DNA of 62,958 nucleotides, counting the filler, from Porpidia crustulata (Eukaryota), in the NCBI GenBank assembly GCA_964255105.1. It is 11 parts of 11 records of this genome, joined end to end, with 100 filler letters (N's around TTAATTAATTAA, not from the genome) between each part and the next. Parts side by side here need not be neighbours in the genome. Positions count along the whole stretch, not along the records: positions 22,971 to 28,604 come from CAXUWE010001752.1; positions 28,705 to 34,338 come from CAXUWE010001753.1; positions 34,439 to 40,071 come from CAXUWE010001754.1; 8 more parts are not named here. One strand, 5' to 3'. The notes under the pieces are model-generated. The model was given only the letters and a program-made list of their open reading frames with translations. It was not told where the DNA came from and ran no database searches. Below are positions 22,871-35,685 of the stretch, one piece after another. The translations under genes were made by a program, and so were the position numbers. Position 1 is the first letter of the stretch; each line of letters opens with the position of its first letter.

Positions 22871-23786
22871 NNNNNNNNNNNNNNNNNNNNNNNNNNNNNN
22901 NNNNNNNNNNNNNNTTAATTAATTAANNNNNNNNNNNNNNNNNNNNNNNNNNNNNNNNNNNNNNNNNNNNGCGTTGATGCTTCTTCTTCTCCTTATTAAT
23001 GTTTTTTTTCCCTTGTTTTTCTCATCCTCCTACTTTTGTGCCTTTTTCTCTTACCCTTCACCATCCGCCTCGACAACCCGCATCTCCCACATCTTTAAAC
23101 ATGCACAAACGCTCATGCTATCAGATCTGTGGCTCGTGGCCTTGTCTCCTTCCACACGTCTTACTCTTTTCTTCCTTTCACCCATTTTCCTCTTACTTTC
23201 TCTCTTTCTTTCTTTCCATTTTTGCATAGAAGAAATCCGAGGATGCGCTGGTAGACGGACTAGACGAAAACGACGGCGCGCTCAGATACACACTGTTCAG
23301 AAACGATAGCGGGCGGGGGTGAATATTTGATGGTGTGGGGGTTGGATTTTGATGGAAAGGGCGTAGAGGACAGGTTAGGGTCAAGGGGTGGGAGCGGGAT
23401 AAGGAATTTCGCGGTCGGAGATGAGGGTATTTCAGGCCCTCGGGCGATGAGGTGCGCGTGGAGTTTTATGGGATGTGGGTTGAGAAATTGGGAGGTGGGG
23501 ATTCCCATTTTTGGTAAGAACTGATCGTGACTATCCCAAATGTGTATGAAATTCAACACCCCCAGATCCCATGATGTGAAAACTTTTCCATCCCAGTTCC
23601 TCCACTGAAAAGCTCTTCACTGGAAATAATGAACCACTATCCTTAAAATTGCCCACCACCGTATTTGTTTTCATGCCACCAAACTGATCCAATATTGACA
23701 AAATCATAATTAACAACTTTTCTGAAATCAAGTTTGCCAAAAAGTGCCCCAAAAAACAGGGTTAATATCTATGAATCCCGGGGGAA

Positions 23787-25865
23787 TCATCGATCTGCCT
23801 CGCCATTGGCCTTGGCCTCCAAAGCTTCCACGACGTTCACGTTGCCGTTCAGTTTCGCGTTTGTTCCATTTGATTCGATGATGGTGTCGGGATGCTTGGG
23901 GCGGAACGGCATGGTTGTGTTTGGGTGCGATGATAGGAACTATAGTGGTCAGATTAATTCCTGATCTTTTTATTAAAATGAGGATATTGATGCTTACGGA
24001 AGAAGCAGCAGACAAAAGCGCAATCAAACTGGCTTGGACCGCGTCCTCATGAATGCCCACACCCCAGACTTTCTCCCTCTTGCCGGAAACGGTACATTCA
24101 ATATAGGTTGCCGCTTTGACGTTTTTGCCTTCGCCGATGGCGTGTTCTTTGTAATCTGCAACGTCGAGATCGATGCCCAGAGGATGTAGAGCGTTGGCAA
24201 GTGAAGAGATGGGCCCATTGCCAACGCCCTTGATGGGATGTTCGGCGCCATCAACAGCAATCACTCCTTCGAATACTCGCTTGAGGTTCTGAGTGTTTTG
24301 ACTACGGCCTTTTTCTGGAGGAACAGGGCTGCTTGAGCGATCAATAGCGATGCTATAGTCGATCAGGGTAAACCGGGGATTTGTCTTGAGGTAATAGGCG
24401 TCTTCGAACAATTTCTGGATTTCACGAGGCAGCATTTCTCGGCCGAGAACGTCGGCCTCATTTTGAACAATCTTTGAGAACGCGACTTGTAAGCCACGTG
24501 GAAGATCGAGCTCAAGAGATCTCTGGATAATCCACGCGGCGCCTCCTTTTCCGCTTTGCGAGTTGACGCGAATGATTGCCTCGTATGTTCTGCCAATATC
24601 GGCTGGGTCAAGAGGAAGATACGGCATGGACCAGTGATCTTCATCAGATGCGCCTTCTGCCTTGCGAACTTGGAATCCTTTCTTGATGGCGTCTTGATGG
24701 GATCCACTGAATGCGCAAACAACAAGTTGACCTCCGTAGGGTGCGCGAGGGTGAACGGGGATTTTATTGCACTCTTCGACTACCTTGATGACTGGGTTTA
24801 TGTCCGAGAAATCGATATTCGGATGTATGCCTTGGGTGTATAGATTCAAGGCTAAAGTCACCAAGTCGACGTTCCCAGTTCTTTCTCCATTACCAAATAG
24901 CGTACCTTCAACGCGGTCAGCACCAGCCATTTGAGCGAGCTCTGCTGCGGCAATAGCACAGCCACGGTCGTTGTGTGGATGTAAAGATACGCTTATCTTT
25001 TCCCGCTCTGTAATATTCCGGCAGAAGTATTCTATTTGATCGGCGTAGATGTTAGGGGTAGACATTTCCACAGTCGCAGGCAGATTGAAAATAATGGGAT
25101 TTGACTCCGTTGGTTCCCAAGCAGCTTTGACGGCTTCACAGATTCGCACCACAAACTCGGGATCGCTGTCGGAAAAATTCTCGGGGGAGAATTCGTACGT
25201 CCATTCGGTTCCAGCTTGAGATGGATCGTCTTTTGTGATTGAGCGGGCGAGCTTAGTACACTTGACCGCAAGGTAAAGGCTCTCTTCCGGAGTAAATCCA
25301 AATACTATCCTTTGAAAGCATTCGCTTGTGGCTAGATATAGATGTAAAATCCCCTTCTTGGCACCCTTCAGAGAATCGACAGTGCGCCGTATCAGATCTT
25401 CTCGACAAGGGGATAGAACTTGTAGTGCCACATCGTCAGGTACCACTCCAGGGGTTTCGACGAGGCGTCTCGTGAAGTCAAAATCGGTATTTGATGCCGA
25501 GGGAAATGAGACTTCAATCTCTTTGTAGCCCAGCTCTACCAGCATCTTGAAGTATCGAAACTTCTGATCCGAGTCCTACAAAACCACAAATTCAGTATTT
25601 TGACCGACTAGACAGGACATCTTGTCTATAAAATGAACATTCAAGCTTTAGCGTACCATAGGGTCTATCAAAGACTGGTTGCCATCCCGAAGATCTGTTG
25701 CCAGCCACCTTGGCGGTTTCTCTATCGTCTTGTTTGGCCATTGTCTATCAGGTAGGTGGATTCGCTTGAAGGCACGATACTTCTTCGATGGATCCGCAAG
25801 CCTTTATGTCAACGCTGCGTTAGCACCAGAGGAAGTTGTTGAGATGGATTGACCCACATAGGCAT
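23787..25865 (-). CDS. LEU4: 2-isopropylmalate synthase, 3 introns
   Basis: [85 protein letters not shown] and a C-terminal regulatory domain. Confidence 0.97.
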
Positions 25866-26114
25866 GATTGAACTTCTCAGAGCCGAGGTAGCTGGTGGTA
25901 TGTAGAATTGGAGGATAGCAAACACGACCTACCAGACCTATGATATTATCCTAACAGGCTGTGCTTAGCCCACAGATAATGTGCCTTTAGGTGAAGTGCA
26001 GGTTTTCAGGTGGTGTCAGGATTACCAGCATAGCTTGTAAATCAATGGAAGCTCATAAGTATTCACCTGGATATGACGCAGAATTAAAGGTTTGACATGG
26101 GGTACACTACTCCG

Positions 26115-26147
26115 CCGCTGTCGGCTTCCGTCCGTAGCCGACCGCGG
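26115..26147. promoter_or_regulatory. Two candidate Leu3/LeuB binding sites (CCG-N4-CGG) upstream of LEU4
   Basis: CCGCTGTCGG at 26115-26124 and CCGACCGCGG at 26138-26147, about 250-280 bp upstream of the LEU4 ATG. Confidence 0.6.
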
Positions 26148-26170
26148 GGTAGCCCTAACCCTGATAGGCG

Positions 26171-26253
26171 CTCCCACCCCTCAACGGACTACCCTAACCG
26201 ATACTAGTAGGTATAACCTAGCCCTAGTTTGAGCAGTCCGTTGAGGGTAGGAG
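26171..26253. repeat. Short (about 83 bp) palindromic dispersed repeat / mini-MITE, family 2
   Basis: Inverted arms CTCCCACCCCTCAACGGACT and AGTCCGTTGAGGGTAGGAG. A related copy lies at 58761-58843 in the opposite orientation. Confidence 0.75.
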
Positions 26254-26299
26254 CTCGCATCCAAGACCCTCCGTGTATGCACTTATACCCTATATCCAT

Positions 26300-28200
26300 T
26301 GCGAGAGATGTAGCAATGAGTTGTCGACACTTGATGACAATATCTGCGTTGGAGTTAATATATATAGTGGATTAGCAAGCAACACGAGCGGTCGCATTTT
26401 CTTCAACAACCTGATCACTACTAGCAGTGCTTGCTCCCTGGCGAGAAAGTTTTGTCCGATTCCGTCTTTCAACGACGAGAACTTATTAGAACCTCCCGCA
26501 CAAGACTGATGAGAATTACGGTCCAACACATAGCAGTATCGTTCATAAAGGAAGCTACTGAATTACTTGGCTCTTTTTTCCCCCCTGCGTTATGGCATTG
26601 GGCTTGCATGTGTACCTTTGACCCGAACAAGATCTCATGATCTTCTCACCATTGTTGGCTCTGACTCAACTCTTAAGGGCAGAGTTGAACCCATGTATTC
26701 TCTGTAAGATAGTCCGCCAGACTACTATGAGCGATCTTCAGGGTTCCCGTGGAAGACTTTGGCGCAATCCTCGACAATGCCGGCACCGGAGCTGTGTGCA
26801 CATGTCCATTTCAGTGCGGGAGAGTACCGATAAGCACTGCTTGTGGCTTTTTCAGCCAATGTATTGCTTTTTCTTGGTAAGTTGCTGCCGCAAGGTGTAT
26901 ATCAAGAGCTTTGGGTCGTACGTTAGATATGGTTCAGAGCACAATACGACAGCGATCCCCTCTCCTTGTCAGTCAACGACCATCGGAAATGGCTGCCTTG
27001 CTATGATTACAATGAAGACACTTCTTTTCGTACTAGCTGTCAACTCTTTACCATCTCTGACTTCTCGGTCCTGATCTTCTCGACGTCAAACTCATGTTGA
27101 CAGCAAATATATACATCTTTCAGCAAAGAACGTCCACACGAACTACTGTGACAACGAGATCCTCGAAATCACTTTCCAAAACCCCGACTCTCAACATCTT
27201 TGGTCCAGTTTGATTTCGTAGTGAGAAATCTAGCTCACTGCTGAATTATTTTCCTCTTTGCTTGTACTGAGTCTGTCTCGCATTTACGTTACGTTAGGGT
27301 CGCCGATGCTAAATGTCTACGTAAAATTGTCATCGCCTTTCGCTGGCTCGACACCAGGGGAGTACCTCGCTCTTGATAATGGCACGTTAGATCACCATGG
27401 AGACGGTCTGAAGGTACGATTGAGATGATGAATGTCTTGACTCGCATGTTCAGACTGGCGGCAAAGTAATGGAGGAACACGCTGCTCTCGGATATGAATG
27501 ATCTATGAATAAGAAATGCGAAGTCGTCTATTCCAATAAAGACTTCAGTCTTCTAGATCGGTTTGCTACTGCAGAGTACTGGAGCTGCTTAACGCTACAC
27601 CATTCCTTCTTAATGAACATCATGCTGAAAATCTGGAAAGATCACCTTTCTACGCTTCGAGTCCAGGATATTCTGCCAGCCTATTAGGACTCTCATATAT
27701 ATCGCTTCGACCTCATTCCCTTCTTAACCACAGCCAAACTTGACTTCAATATTGACTGATCAATTTGGCCTATATCCATGAATTAAGACGAGACAAAAGC
27801 GCTATAGATCAATCCGTCACTTATATCTGTTGATTGCTCAGAGAGTCTCGGAACGAAACAATCCCAGAACTCGGATTTTCTTGATATGAATGAGCGGAAC
27901 ACGGGCCACAAGTAGCTCGGACAGAAATCACTACAAGGAAAGTATTAGCATCTCATCGTCCGTAAAGCGGAACAGTCCCCATATCCTGCTCCTCGTCATC
28001 TCATTGTCTAGACCAATCGCGCTGCTTACCACATCTATGATACCCTTAATTGACGAAGTATGATATATTGCTCCCCTGCTAGAGCCCCTTCCTCGGTCTA
28101 GAAGTAGGGGCTCGCAGGAGCAAATAGGCCACTCGTCGATAAAAATGGCGCAAGGGACAAGTTGAGAGACATGAAAAGCGTCCAAATTGTTACTATTGAT
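26300..28200 (-). pseudogene. Probable heavily decayed gene of unknown family
   Basis: Protein-like fragments on the minus strand (LDNEMTRSRIWGLFRFTDDEMLIL, SVFLHYFAASL, SRGFGK) interrupted by many stops and shifts. Boundaries are approximate. Confidence 0.3.
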
Positions 28201-29641
28201 CTGAAGAAACGCTTTACCAAATCACCTTACTCAAATATATTTCTCCAAGCATTATTCCGAAGCTCCTATTCTACTAGCGCTCTTCCCAGAGGAAGAATCC
28301 TAAAGCTTGAAACCGAAACGCACAGAATAAACCCTTCTTTAAATCTTATACAAAATACCAAGACATTACTAGACGTATCTAATCGAGAAAACGCACCTGC
28401 GTTTCCTTCTATGTTACCGAAATCGTTCAACCAAAGCTAGTATGACTGAATCTATCAGTGTTACTCAAGTGTGTTCATTTCTAATGAGTCAACGCTCAAC
28501 GAGATGAAAGCTCGATATACATCTCACAAAGTCATCTACTTACAAAGATCTCTTCTTAAAACAAAAACAACAAATCACATCAACACACCCACACAACTTA
28601 CTTCNNNNNNNNNNNNNNNNNNNNNNNNNNNNNNNNNNNNNNNNNNNNTTAATTAATTAANNNNNNNNNNNNNNNNNNNNNNNNNNNNNNNNNNNNNNNN
28701 NNNNCTCCACTAGCGGCGCTGGCAAATTACCCTTGCCAAACAGACTCCAGTGTAGATAGACGAGAGACCTCCTTAAGTATCTTATTTGTATACGCCACTT
28801 CAGAGGCATCTATGGAACCGTCGATTAACTGGTGTTCACGAGTAAGGACCTGAATCTGTGCCCGCTTCATGGCTGCTTCTGTTCTACATATTAATAAATA
28901 TTGAATTGCTAATGGTTCCGCAGCGGCTAGTGGCACAGAAGCCAACACATGTAGCTTGTAGCCTGTGAGTTCATCGATATCTGCAGATCCAATGCCTTTG
29001 GAGGCGCCATCTGCACATCTACATAATCCCCGGTTCCATCACGAATCCATACGTAATGAACGCTGCATGCGTTCACATGATTCAAGATTGATGACTGCCA
29101 TGCCGTAAGGAGTCCGTCAAAGGTGTCAATTGTAGCTTAAGACTTTGGGTGAGGCTCTCCACGACCAAGAGTACAGGATTTTGATTTCTGAGGTTGTACA
29201 AATGTGGGGAAGGACGAAGGAAGGTTTCCCCTCGGGCGTCCTGCCGGCCTGTTCATGTCGAGAGTTTCATCCTAGAAAGCTTCAGAGGTCAACCAATGGT
29301 CTTATCACATGCATAAGCTGTTGTATCGATGAGCGGCCTAGGCCTCGATGGTACAGCAACTGCTGCACTGGTATCTTTGCCTCTTTGCACAAAACATATC
29401 GATTTGTGGGTTTGAGCAAAACACAGTCCTCGGTAGTCAGATTGTAGTGGGGTGGTTGGAAGGTAAGCTCGGAGCACCTGCAGGCATGCTGGCCAACCCC
29501 ACAGTTGATTATCGACTCCTTCACACCCTTAAGCCCACAACAACAACAGCGGTGGTGTTTCTGGTGCTTCAGGAACTCCAATTTGCATTAGAGAAAAAAG
29601 CGGTGAGCGTTACGCTTACCGGTCTGGTACTAGTACCCTCA

Positions 29642-29892
29642 CACGTGCCAGGCAGATTAATCCATACCGCAAATATTGATCTTCCGCCCACATCACCAAA
29701 TTTACTATTGGATCTGTAGAGCACATCACCTGAACGCTAAAAAGTCAAGTAATGATGAACGTCAAATACAAGATTGAAACAAACGCTGTCAGATCACATA
29801 GATACATCGAAAAATCTTCTTGAAACAATCAAAATCTGATTTGTATTGATGGAAGTCGAGTTTTGCGGTAGGATATTCTTGCCTGGCACGTG
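29642..29892. mobile_element. MITE, family 1, with 5-bp TSD CCTCA
   Basis: cctca|CACGTGCCAGGCA...TGCCTGGCACGTG|cctca; interior homologous to 16568-16826. Confidence 0.88.
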
Positions 29893-30322
29893 CCTCACCA
29901 AGGGTCCAGTGCCCCCGCTACCACCCACTATCACCCTGTGCCCTCCCTGCCATGGCACATCTGCAGTGCGCTTGCGCCTCGTAGCCGGAACGTGAATGAA
30001 ATGCTCTCTTCGGTTAATATGCCCGATTGGGCAGGGGTCTTGATCACTTCCTGATCACTTCCATGGCCAAGTAGGTAGGTCAGCAGTATGGATTGAATGA
30101 CCAGAAATATTGAGGCATAATGGTTACGATTTCCACCCGAAAGAAGCCGCCAGAACCGGTGGAAGTAGATCAATCCCTCGCCCACAGCGAGGAACCGATC
30201 CCTGTACGTGAAGTCGATCAACAGACTTTGACATGTTCAAGATACTGAGAGGTGTCAGTCAGCCGCAAATCCCACAAAGAAACGAGTTAGAAAAATTGTC
30301 AAGTCGCAAACCGCAAACCAAG

Positions 30323-33300
30323 ATGGAGCGCGAGATGTACCGACACCAGTCGAGCAGAGAGCTCAGCAGACTGGTCGAGGCGACGTAATGATCCTGTCCG
30401 ATATTTTATGCTGAGGGCAAACGGCCTGATCCCGTGTAGGGCTTTGATGCTCTGCTCGAGCCTTTTTATCAAGGAAAGTCTCTGACTGAGCCCATTGATA
30501 CCGCAAAGGTAGATCAATGTCCCATTGTCGCCTCTCTCATTGTTGGATCGTGCTAAGACTCCCGAGGATAAATGGAACCTGCTTCCCGCCTTCCTGAAAG
30601 TAAAAGGGCTCGTGAAGCAGCACATCGATTCGTTCAATTTCTTCATTGAGGTAGAGCTGAAGAAAATTGTTGAAGCAAATCGAACCGTCGTCAGCGATGT
30701 AGACCCCAAGTTTTATCTCAATTTTACCGACATCTACATAGGAAGACCGAATCGCACCGATGAGGAGCAGTCGGATTACTCTAGATCCGAGTGGAATTCG
30801 ACAGTAACTCCAAACGAGTGTCGGCTGCGCGATTCGACCTACGCAGCCCCAATCCTGGTCAACATCGCTTATTGGCGTGGAGTTCGTGAGGTTCGAAGGA
30901 AGGCAATCTCCATAGGCCGACTCCCCATGATGCTCAGAAGCTCGAGATGCGCGCTTACGGGCAAGGCCGAGGAGGACATGAGCCTGCTGCATGAATGCCC
31001 CCTGGATCCTGGCGGCTACTTCATTGTCAACGGTACCGAAAAGGTCATTTTGGTTCAAGAGCAACTGAGTAAAAACAGAGTCATTGTCGAACGAGAGTCT
31101 CGCAAAGACACGATCCAGGCATCCGTCACAAGGTATCATCTATCAAATTCTCTACTGTCAAATGCTAAGCAATACAGTTCAACACATGAGCGTAAATCGA
31201 AGAGCTACGTTGTGATGAAAAACGACCGAATGTTCCTGAAGCACAATGTGCTCAACGAGGACATTCCCATTGTCCTAATCTTAAAAGCCATGGGAGTTCA
31301 TTCCGATAATGAAATCCTCGTCATGGTTGCTGGACGAGACGCCACCTACCAGGATCTTTTCGCAGTCAACTTTGAAGAATGCGCTAAATTGGGGGTACAC
31401 ACGCAACATGAGGCTTTGGAATACTTGGGCGCTCGGATAAAAATCGTTCGAAAAACAGTAGCAGGAATGCCTCGGAGAATGTTCTCTCAGGATGCACTGG
31501 AAGCCCTGCGTTCGGTGATAATCACACATGTCCCCGTGGAGGGCTTGAATTTTCGACCGAAAGCCTTATATGTGGCATATATGGTGAGAAGAGTTTTAAT
31601 GGCCCTTCATGACCCAAGCTTGGTGGATGATCGAGACTATGTCGGCAATAAAAGACTTGAGCTAGCAGGGCAGCTTCTATCGTTATTATTCGAGGACTTA
31701 TTTAAGAAATTCAACCGAGATGTCAAAATGACCATCGACAAAACACTGAAGAAACCGGCGAGAACGGAGGCATTTGATGCATTCAACATTTTGCAAGTGC
31801 ACGCTAACCACATCACACAAGGCATGAACAGGGCGATATCAACGGGCAATTGGGACTTGAAGCGATTTCGGATGAAGAGAGCCGGTGTCACACACGTGTT
31901 GAGTCGATTGAGCTACATCAGTGCGTTGGGTATGATGACTAGGATTACTAGTCAATTTGAAAAGACAAGGAAAATCAGTGGGCCTCGAGCCCTACAGCCA
32001 TCTCAGTTCGGAATGCTTTGTCCATCCGATACTCCCGAAGGAGAAGCTTGTGGCTTGGTGAAAAACCTGGCCTTGATGACACATATCACTACCGATGATG
32101 AGGAAGATCCTGTCCGTATATTAGTGTTCATTCTTGGCGCTCAGGACATCGCAGCTGTCAACGGCAAGGATCTATACGCTGGAGGAGCATATATAATCTT
32201 CATCAATGGTACTCCAATTGCTTTAACCCGCCTTCCAAAACAATTTCTGGACGCTTTTCGGCGGCTTCGACGTCTCGGACGTATTTCGGAATTCATAAGC
32301 ATCTTTATCAATCATCACCACAATGCAGTCCACATTGCTACAGATGAAGGACGAATCTGCCGGCCGCTAGTTGTCGTTGAGAAGCGTAGATCCAAAGTTA
32401 CTGCTAAATATTTACGAATGTTACGCCGAGGCAAGATTGATTTTGATGGATTCCTCTCTCGTGGACTTGTCGAATACCTTGACGTTAACGAAGAGAATGA
32501 CTCCAATATAGCCATGTACGAAATTGAGATTAACGATGCTACTACGCACCTGGAGATTGAGCCATTCACAATACTAGGTGCGGTCGCTGGCCTGATACCA
32601 TATCCCCATCACAACCAATCACCCCGAAATACGTACCAGTGCGCAATGGGCAAACAAGCCATTGGTGCGATTGCGCACAACCAGTTCTTACGAATCGATA
32701 GTCTGCTCTACATCATGGTTTACCCACAGAAGCCCATGGTAAAGACTCGAGCCATAGAGCTGATCAAGTATGACAAGCTGCCAGCCGGCCAAAATGCAAT
32801 TGTTGCCGTTATGAGTTATTCTGGCTACGATATTGAGGATGCGCTCGTCTTGAACAAAGCTTCGTGTGACCGTGGCTTTGGACGTTGCCAGGTTTTCCGG
32901 AAATACTCCACCACCCTACGGAAGTATCCTAACGGAACCGAAGACCGCGTTGGTGACCGTTATGAGGAGAATGGAGCGCCAATCAAGAAGCATGCTCTTC
33001 TCGACGAGCATGGGTTAGCGCAGGTAGGGGAAAAAGTCAGTTCAGGCGAAGTTTACATCATGAAACAAGTTCCTCTGAATTCTAGCACCAGGGGACTCGG
33101 GTCGGATTATGGGACGAATGAGTATAGAGATACCCCGATGACTTACCGACTTCCAGACCCAAGCTACATCGATAAGGTCATGATTTCCGTCACCGAAGCC
33201 GACCATCGGTTGATCAAGGTCCAAACGCGGCAGACAAGACGGCCCGAAGTCGGTGACAAATTCTCTTCTCGTCATGGGCAGAAGGGCGTCGTCGGCATAA

Positions 33301-33986
33301 TCGCGGAGCAAGTAGACATGCCTTTCAACGACGATGGAATTGTCCCCGATATCATCATGAACCCTCACGGTTTTCCTTCGCGTATGACGGTTGGAAAAAT
33401 GCTCGAGCTCGTGTCTGGCAAAGCCGGTGTCATGTCCGGCGAGCTACAATATGGGACCGCTTTCGGCGGGAGCAGAGTCGAAGATATGGGAGATATCCTC
33501 ATCAAGAATGGCTTTAGCTACTCCGGCAAGGACTTTGTCACTAGTGGTATCACAGGCGAGAGCCTCCCCGCATACGTCTTTTTCGGTCCCATCTACTACC
33601 AAAAGCTCAAGCATATGGTCCAAGACAAGATGCATTCTCGAGCCCGCGGACCCAGAGCGACTCTCACACGTCAACCCACCGAGGGACGATCGAGAGATGG
33701 AGGACTACGTCTCGGAGAAATGGAGCGAGACTGCCTTATTGCTTATGGGGCCTCGCAACTACTTCTTGAACGATTGATGCTTTCGAGCGACGCGCATCAG
33801 GTCGATATTTGTGGTACCTGCGGGTTGATGGGGTACCAAGGGTACTGCCAGACTTGCAAAAAGTCCGAGGGAATGGCAAGAATGACGATACCATATGCGG
33901 CCAAACTCTTGATTCAGGAGCTACTGAGTATGAACGTGATGGCGAGGTTGACTCTCGAGGACGAATTCCCAGCTTGGATGCCCTAA
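30323..33986 (+). CDS. RPC2: RNA polymerase III second-largest subunit (C128); exact start uncertain, short 5' exons and an in-frame intron near 31132-31177
   Basis: [95 protein letters not shown] and a C-terminal zinc finger. The N-terminus is of the Pol III type. Confidence 0.96.
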
Positions 33987-34438
33987 GAACGAACTGTGAG
34001 CAGCATTTGCAGGTGCATTGTGTAGCGGGATGTCAGTGTGCCTTAGACTTGTATCACTAGGTAGACATAGCACGGTGGATCTACTGCACGAGAAACAGCC
34101 CGCAATGAGCGGAAGTCTCCGCTCATGAAGGGATGACGTCAGCTCCACACTCATTCAGATCCACATATCACGATCTACTACAATCCACGTTTTGATTTCC
34201 AAGCTGATTTATCTATTCTCGCAGCATGCCCCTCATTATACCCCAAACAGTAGCATCACTCACGCCCCCCGCGGAGTCTTCACCGGCCACTGCCTCCTCT
34301 ATCCCCTCCCATCCCGTCATTCCCACCCCCGCAAGCCTNNNNNNNNNNNNNNNNNNNNNNNNNNNNNNNNNNNNNNNNNNNNTTAATTAATTAANNNNNN
34401 NNNNNNNNNNNNNNNNNNNNNNNNNNNNNNNNNNNNNN

Positions 34439-35685
34439 GAAGTGGTAGAGGGTGCGGAAGTCGGACCAGGCGAAGGCGGAGTCGGGGAAGTGGAGCTCGC
34501 GTTTGTTGGTGAAGAAGGGGGATTTGGAGAGGTCTTGGAGGTCGTTGGTGTGGGCGCGTTCGAGTGGGAATATGCGCTTTTCATAGTGGAGCTCGATGTA
34601 CTTTTCCGGGTCCAGGCTTTTGAACTTGGCAGGCGCTGCTGACGCTTCGGAGTCGTCTCGTCCGATGGTGTAAAATTTCTTGGTGATTGAGCTTGAGGCT
34701 TCATCAGCTTCCCTTCTAGAATGTAATGAGGGGGTTTCGAGAGGTCATACCCTTTGGAAACTTGGCTGTCATGTTCTTTGGATGAGTCCTTTTTATTTCC
34801 GTTGGTAATGGCAGGCTTTTTAGAACGTGGTGAAGAGGCATATTCCATTTCACGTTGCAGCATCTCATATCGTTTTCGGCTTAGAGGTCCATCACTGGAA
34901 GAACAATCGCTACAGCCAGGCCGGATTGCTTGATAGACAAATGGTCCTCGTCTCTGTCCTGACGACCTTGTATTATGGGAGGGGTTCCACGATGAAGGTT
35001 TATCAGATAGCCTTGTATTGATCAAGTATTGGAGCGCCAGGAATTTAGATCCATGTCCAAGAGCCTTCCCTTGATGATCTGAACAGCGTGAAAGGTAAGC
35101 ATGGATCATCTGGTGCAGTAAGGCGGTGAAAACACCGGTCTGGGTAGCTTTCAATATCATAGTCTCTGATAATTCAATAGTGACGCGAGGGCATCTAACG
35201 CCGGCTTGGCTTGTCCTACCAGGAACACCTTGTGGAAGGTTCCTGGTTAGTACAAGATGAACATTCCCTTTGAGCTTGGAGCAGAAGAACATCGCATCCA
35301 GTTCATTGAAAAACAATAACGGCCATAAGTCTTGAGGCAGAGTAGAACTCGCTTTGATCAAAGCCTGTCCTAGGGCCGGAGATGACTGAATTAACGACTT
35401 CGCTGCCGCAAACGCTCGCCCAACAGGCTGTTCACCAGCTGGAGATAAAGGTCCGGCATGTCTATCCTCTAGCCGATCGATGTCTTTCTTGCTGGGGAGT
35501 CGGCCTGGCGAGCGATCAAGCCCACTGGGCCCATGATGAGGGTCAACTATATCATCCCGTGTGGAACTAAAACCTCTATGGACCAGATCACCATGGGAGC
35601 GGCTATTTGCAGGCTTGGTCCTACGAGGGCGGCCATAACCGTAGGCTCTAAGATGATGTCCGGGCATCATTGTGGACGGATCCAA
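34439..35685 (-). CDS. SprT-like domain protein with HQxxH in place of HExxH; 3'-truncated, start approximate
   Basis: LFFNELDAMFFCSKLKG...GRTSQAG...VTIELSE...ALLHQMIHAYL...GHGSKF. Confidence 0.7.
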
